Assembly (NCBI GenBank): GCA_963729895.1
Contig: CAVSQB010000036.1
Location: 1-64,000 of the forward strand
Length of the DNA: 64,000 nt
Reading direction: 5' to 3'
Source of the DNA: an uncultured Fibrobacterota bacterium
GTDB lineage: Bacteria > Fibrobacterota > Chitinivibrionia > Chitinivibrionales > FEN-1185
The notes under the pieces are model-generated. The model saw only the letters and a program-made list of their open reading frames with translations, was not told the origin of the DNA and did not search any database. Numbering within the stretch: the first letter of the stretch is position 1; each line of letters begins with the position of its first letter. The translations under genes were made by a program, and so were the position numbers. Below, one piece after another: positions 60,026 to 64,000 of the stretch.

Positions 60026-60364
60026 TTAACATCCAAATCTGGCAATCAGTTCATGAACGATTTTGATATCATCGGCGGAGATTTTCTCAAAGGAAAAGCC
60101 CGTGCCGAAGAAGTCCGAATACAAATTACTTTTTGACCAAACGCTTTTGGCATTAAGGGTAATTTCCCTGCTTGTCTCCATGACTGCTGGCAAGGTCATG
60201 CCAAGCTGGAAGGATTGTCCCGGAGCAATAAAGTCCTTACTCATAAGTTTCATGCCGCTTATGGATATATCGAACACATGGCCGGCCTGCTGATCGGTTT
60301 TCCGATCAAAGACCAGGAGATAGTTGACAAGATAGATTCGTTTTGCTGACCGGTATTCAGACAT
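60026..60364 (-). CDS. PilZ-domain protein
   Basis: RSAKR (RxxxR) and DISISG (DxSxxG) c-di-GMP-binding motifs. Confidence 0.88.
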   Translation of the reverse strand: MSEYRSAKRIYLVNYLLVFDRKTDQQAGHVFDISISGMKLMSKDFIAPGQSFQLGMTLPAVMETSREITLNAKSVWSKSNLYSDFFGTGFSFEKISADDIKIVHELIARFGC

Positions 60365-60486
60365 AATAATGAGGTATATAATACGTTCCGGAATTTAGAA
60401 CCGTGTGATTAACTCGTAAGAAATGTGTTTGACGAAAAATACCGAAAGTGCTCAAACAAGGGCAAAAAGAGGGTTATTTCCGGCCA

Positions 60487-60514
60487 GGGTTACATAATGC
60501 CTATTATGCGACAT
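60487..60514 (-). other. dif-like XerC/XerD recombination site
   Basis: Minus strand ATGTCGCATAA-TAGGCA-TTATGTAACCC has the 11-6-11 layout. Compare E. coli dif GGTGCGCATAA-TGTATA-TTATGTTAAAT. Confidence 0.6.
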
Positions 60515-60864
60515 AAGACATTGAGACTAAAAGAGATACAGAAACATCAATAATATATCATTTTGGGCGGTTTTATGCAAATAGATTATTATTTGCTCAA
60601 TCAAAGACAATCTCTTTTATTAGTCAATTAAAATTGGCAAAAAAATAATTCATATGGAATAATTGAAATTAAGTTTACCGGTCCGCTCCAAAATGACCGA
60701 TAAATCCGCTAGAAATTGACCGGACGAGTGATTTTCCAGTCCGTGTTCCCCGATTTTTCCACAAAAATCTTTACAAGCTACCATCCGACGTGATATACTA
60801 ATGGTTCTCCTATTAGGCTCTTTTATTACGGCATCAAAGCCCGATCCCGTATCGTGGCTTCTCT

Positions 60865-62388
60865 ATGGAGTCTTGCATGGCGTCAGACCAAGAACATCGC
60901 CTTCTCTCTCAGCGGGAAGATGATTACGCGCTCATTACCGAGCGCATGAGTCCGGAAGAAATGCTTCAAAGAGCCCAACGGCTTGAAGGTCTTGGCGTTC
61001 TTGCCGGCGGCATTGCCCATGACCTGAACAACCTTCTTACGGGCATCTTCGGTTATATCAGCTTGGCAAAAGAAAACATTGAAAGAGAATCGGATGCGGC
61101 GCACTATCTTGATAGCGCGATTTCGACCTTCAATTCGGCCCAATCCCTCACGCGACAGTTGTTGACTTGTGTTAAAGGCGGGAGCACGGCCAAAACAATA
61201 ATCTCTCTCTCATCCCTTCTTAAGGAAGCCTCACAACTCGCTTTGAGCGGGTCTAACGTATCATCTGAATTTGACATCCCTCATGACCTCTGGAATTGTG
61301 ATGCCGACAAGTACCAGATAGAACAAGTCCTTCACAACATTCTCATCAACGCCCGCCAGGCTATGCCTCACGGGGGTAACATCGTTATATCCGCACGCAA
61401 TGTTCCCGATGGCGAACCCCTTCCGCCCTCGTTACATCCATGTCCCTACGTCAGAATCTCAATCAGTGACCAGGGCATGGGAATTCCAAAGGACATTCTT
61501 CCCCGTATCTTCGACCCGTTTTTCACAACCAAGCAGCAAGGCAGCGGCCTCGGGCTTGCAACAGCTTACTCGGTAATCAAAAAACATGGTGGCCATATAC
61601 AGGTTGATTCCGAAGAGCTCAAGGGAGCTACCTTTTCCATTTTTCTCCCGGCGACTCAATCCTCTGTTTGCACTGAATCATCAATTCCATCACTTACATC
61701 TCATGCGTGTCATGGAAAACTTCTGGTTATGGACGATCAGGAAGCCATCCTCGACATCTCTCAAGCAATCCTGTCCCACAATGGATATGTCGTCACCGTC
61801 GCAACCCACGGCACGGCAGCTATTGATTTGTACCAAAAAGCATTGTCAGAGCAAAAGCCTTTTGATCTCGTGATTGTAGATTTGACGATTCCCGGCGCTA
61901 TGGACGGCAGGCAAACCATGCAGGAATTGTTGAAGATCGATCCCTCGGTAAAAGTTATTGCGTCCAGCGGATATCCCGATGATCCCATTCTCGCAGAACC
62001 TCACAAATACGGGTTCAAGGGGAAGCTCGCGAAGCCCTACTTGACAGAAGCACTACTTCGGGTAATTGAGCAGGCACTTCTTACCCCCCCCCCCCCCCGC
62101 TTCTTAGAAGTAAATCCACAATTATCCAAAGCAAACAAGCAAATATTAAACGTAAACTGCCGCATTCCTCCCGTCCGTTCCGTTTCCTTGCGGCCGCTCC
62201 TGCACAGGCTTCCACATAAGGCACGCCCTGCCTGCTTTTCGAATCATCCTTCGTATCGGCGTACCTTCGCTTTTTCGTCATTCCAACAGCGAAGGAGGTT
62301 CTATTGGTTCAGAAAGTTTCAGACCTCATCATCATCGTCGACGATATGCCCGAAATCGCCGATACCATTGCTGAGCGGCTGCGTTTAG
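60865..62388 (+). CDS. Sensor-less hybrid histidine kinase (HisKA-HATPase-REC); probable true end ~62106
   Basis: LAGGIAHDLNNLL, INARQAM, DQGMGI, FDPFFTTK, GLGL, and receiver VMDD..DLTIP..KPY. The tail after the C15 tract looks non-coding. Confidence 0.88.
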   Translation: MESCMASDQEHRLLSQREDDYALITERMSPEEMLQRAQRLEGLGVLAGGIAHDLNNLLTGIFGYISLAKENIERESDAAHYLDSAISTFNSAQSLTRQLLTCVKGGSTAKTIISLSSLLKEASQLALSGSNVSSEFDIPHDLWNCDADKYQIEQVLHNILINARQAMPHGGNIVISARNVPDGEPLPPSLHPCPYVRISISDQGMGIPKDILPRIFDPFFTTKQQGSGLGLATAYSVIKKHGGHIQVDSEELKGATFSIFLPATQSSVCTESSIPSLTSHACHGKLLVMDDQEAILDISQAILSHNGYVVTVATHGTAAIDLYQKALSEQKPFDLVIVDLTIPGAMDGRQTMQELLKIDPSVKVIASSGYPDDPILAEPHKYGFKGKLAKPYLTEALLRVIEQALLTPPPPRFLEVNPQLSKANKQILNVNCRIPPVRSVSLRPLLHRLPHKARPACFSNHPSYRRTFAFSSFQQRRRFYWFRKFQTSSSSSTICPKSPIPLLSGCV

Positions 62389-62684
62389 CCGGTTTTAAAA
62401 ACATTGCTGTCTATAAGGACCCGCGCGAAGCCCTAAAGAAGATCATCATCGACAACATCCGCCCGGCAATCGTCATTACCGATTTCAACATGCCAGGTCT
62501 TACCGGCGTGCAGCTTCTTGATGAAATCGACAAACTCCACCCGGAAATTGACGGTGTTGTCGTCACCGGAGATATTTCAGCCGCCATGGAATCGCCCCAC
62601 CGGTACCGGATCTTCGACAAATCGACGAATTTCTATCGGGAACTCATAGCCCACACTCTCGCCATTATCCGTTCTCGCGTGTGA
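62304..62684 (+). CDS. Single-domain response regulator
   Basis: RBS AAGGAGG with TTG start. IIVDD, TDFNMPG, VVTG and FDKS motifs. Confidence 0.85.
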   Translation: MVQKVSDLIIIVDDMPEIADTIAERLRLAGFKNIAVYKDPREALKKIIIDNIRPAIVITDFNMPGLTGVQLLDEIDKLHPEIDGVVVTGDISAAMESPHRYRIFDKSTNFYRELIAHTLAIIRSRV

Positions 62685-63197
62685 CAGCTCCTCGATGCAT
62701 GCCGAACCGGTCCTTACAGCCCTCAAAAACGCCGGCGTCGTCGTCTGCAACACGGAAATTCCGCGCTTGGAGCACAGGTTCCCTCTTAAGGCCACGCGAC
62801 CACGGACAAGGGCTACATCCGCTACAGTGGCCTCAACGCGGAGGATTGGTATCCTACGCAAAAGCTCGCCTCGCAAAAGGAACGCCTGGCGCAGCGCAAC
62901 GCGCGGTATGATTATCCACTCCACAGAGGGCCCCCGGCTTTGTCTGGGGCTTTTTGTTACGGGATGTCGCATAATAGTCTTCGGCTCGAAAAGCCGAAGA
63001 GATTTGTCAGGGCCGCCGACCTATTTCGGCGGTGCTCCATGAGTATTCGGACGAGGAACTGCTGCAGCGAGTTAAAGGCCAGCTCGTGCTGCACACCAAG
63101 ACGGCCATGGCGGCCGTCGCGTTCAATAATCATTTCCATCCAGGCAAAGGCAATCCGAAATGCCATGCAGAACATGGAATTCTTGGTGAACATTTGA
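62685..63197 (+). pseudogene. DUF72-family C-terminal fragment, frameshifted and interrupted
   Basis: Pieces across frames: VLTALKNAGVVVCNTEIPRL..FP / TTDKGYIRYSGLNAEDWY..RYDY / EYSDEEL..VAFNNH / KAIRNA. Confidence 0.7.
62916..63040. mobile_element. 125-bp hairpin-rich insertion in the DUF72 remnant
   Basis: Removing it restores GAT TAT GAG TAT TCG (DYEYS). Contains three hairpins and a XerC-like arm. Confidence 0.55.
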
Positions 63198-63301
63198 ATT
63201 TGCAGAATGGTTCCGCCAAAGCTTAACAGAATCAAAAAGGGGCACCTGCTCTCCTTTAGGCACCCCAATCGGCCGTATGATGGCCGGCCTACCTTAATTT
63301 A

Positions 63302-64000
63302 CTAAAATTGCTGTCCAAAGTAAACATAAATTCCGTTTAAGGTTGATTTAAGAAATCCTAAATCCAATGATAGAACAAAATCATTACCCCACCCGAAGCG
63401 AAGCCCGCAGCCGTATGTCAAGTACGCTTCAGGTTCCATTTTCAAAGGCGAAGAAAACGTATTTCCGATATCTGAAAAAAGGACCGACCCCAACGACCAG
63501 TCGTCTCCAAAGGCATGAAGCCTGAAAATTTTCATCCGGCATTCCGGCGTGAAGACATAGCAGAAAGGATCCCTGTACCTGTATTGCTGAATACCCCGCA
63601 TACTCCCCTGCCCGCCGAAAATATCTTTGGGATCAATTGCCAGGGTCTTCTCATACTTGAAAAATGGAGCGTCACCGTACAAATAATTAACCAGGAGTCT
63701 TGAAGCGAGGGTTAATCCATTCAATTTCCTAAATGGCGTGGCATATAGCGCAAGCGTGGACGTCCCTTGAACGTATGAATAGGAACTTAACAGGTTCTTA
63801 TTGCTGAGAGAGACATACGTTTCCCAATAGACTCCGGACGAGGGATTGTAAATATCATCTCTTTTATCAATTATATATCCGATAATTTCCTCATGAATGA
63901 ATCCCCCATCGATCCCAAAGGGCCTTTGCGCAAACAAAAGCGGTTCCACCCCATTCGCAGGGACCTTGTGAGATTCAAATATTCCGTAATCCTCCGCCCG
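63302..64000 (-). CDS. Omp85/BamA-TamA family barrel, C-terminal part; runs off the window end
   Basis: Frame open to 64000. RDDIYNPSSG, GG.GSMRGI (VRGF-like), F.DIG, G.GLR motifs and terminal Phe. Confidence 0.82.
   Translation of the reverse strand, partial: RAEDYGIFESHKVPANGVEPLLFAQRPFGIDGGFIHEEIIGYIIDKRDDIYNPSSGVYWETYVSLSNKNLLSSYSYVQGTSTLALYATPFRKLNGLTLASRLLVNYLYGDAPFFKYEKTLAIDPKDIFGGQGSMRGIQQYRYRDPFCYVFTPECRMKIFRLHAFGDDWSLGSVLFSDIGNTFSSPLKMEPEAYLTYGCGLRFGWGNDFVLSLDLGFLKSTLNGIYVYFGQQF

Noticed and set aside
62107..62388. C-terminal domain of the 60865 kinase
   Set aside because: Non-protein-like composition, overlaps the next gene, and depends on the C15 tract.
1..64000. CRISPR array, rRNA, complete tRNA, integrase, T4SS or defence-system genes
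   Set aside because: No regularly spaced repeats, cloverleafs or matching protein motifs were seen by eye.

Overview
The window has two parts. Positions 1 to ~43.8 kb are GC-rich housekeeping chromosome: partial rimI, obgE, an intact IS5 (CTAG target duplication), rimO, hisC/hisB, tatD, rodZ-like, maf, suhB, the rplM-rpsI-rpsB-tsf-pyrH-frr cluster, a gpgS-like glycosyltransferase, a pilMNO-(P)-Q operon, class III RNR (nrdD/nrdG) with NrdR-like boxes, a kinase/receiver/PTS enzyme I trio, galE, an S1 paralogue, korAB, DedA, OmpA and an HD-GYP-like protein. Gene order and content suggest an anaerobic FCB-superphylum bacterium, possibly Fibrobacterota (inference only). From ~43.8 kb to the end is a visibly AT-richer, partly decayed accessory region. 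It starts at a fused junction between a 5'-truncated IS4 and a 5'-truncated coupling-protein gene. It then carries a MobF relaxase-helicase, RecD2 and much signalling cargo. Best novelty candidates: (1) a coupled operon of a GNAT/acyltransferase-like protein, two paralogues built from an unrecognised internal repeat and a 7TM double-kinase hybrid sensor beside the relaxase; (2) three intergenic copies of a structured element with compensatory base changes; (3) inverted Xer/dif-like sites flanking a kinase-receiver module; (4) homopolymer tracts that set the frame of two kinases; (5) dense D-(S/T)-hydrophobic sequons in exported proteins. No rRNA, complete tRNA or CRISPR array was seen. All calls come from reading motifs by eye, with no database searches.
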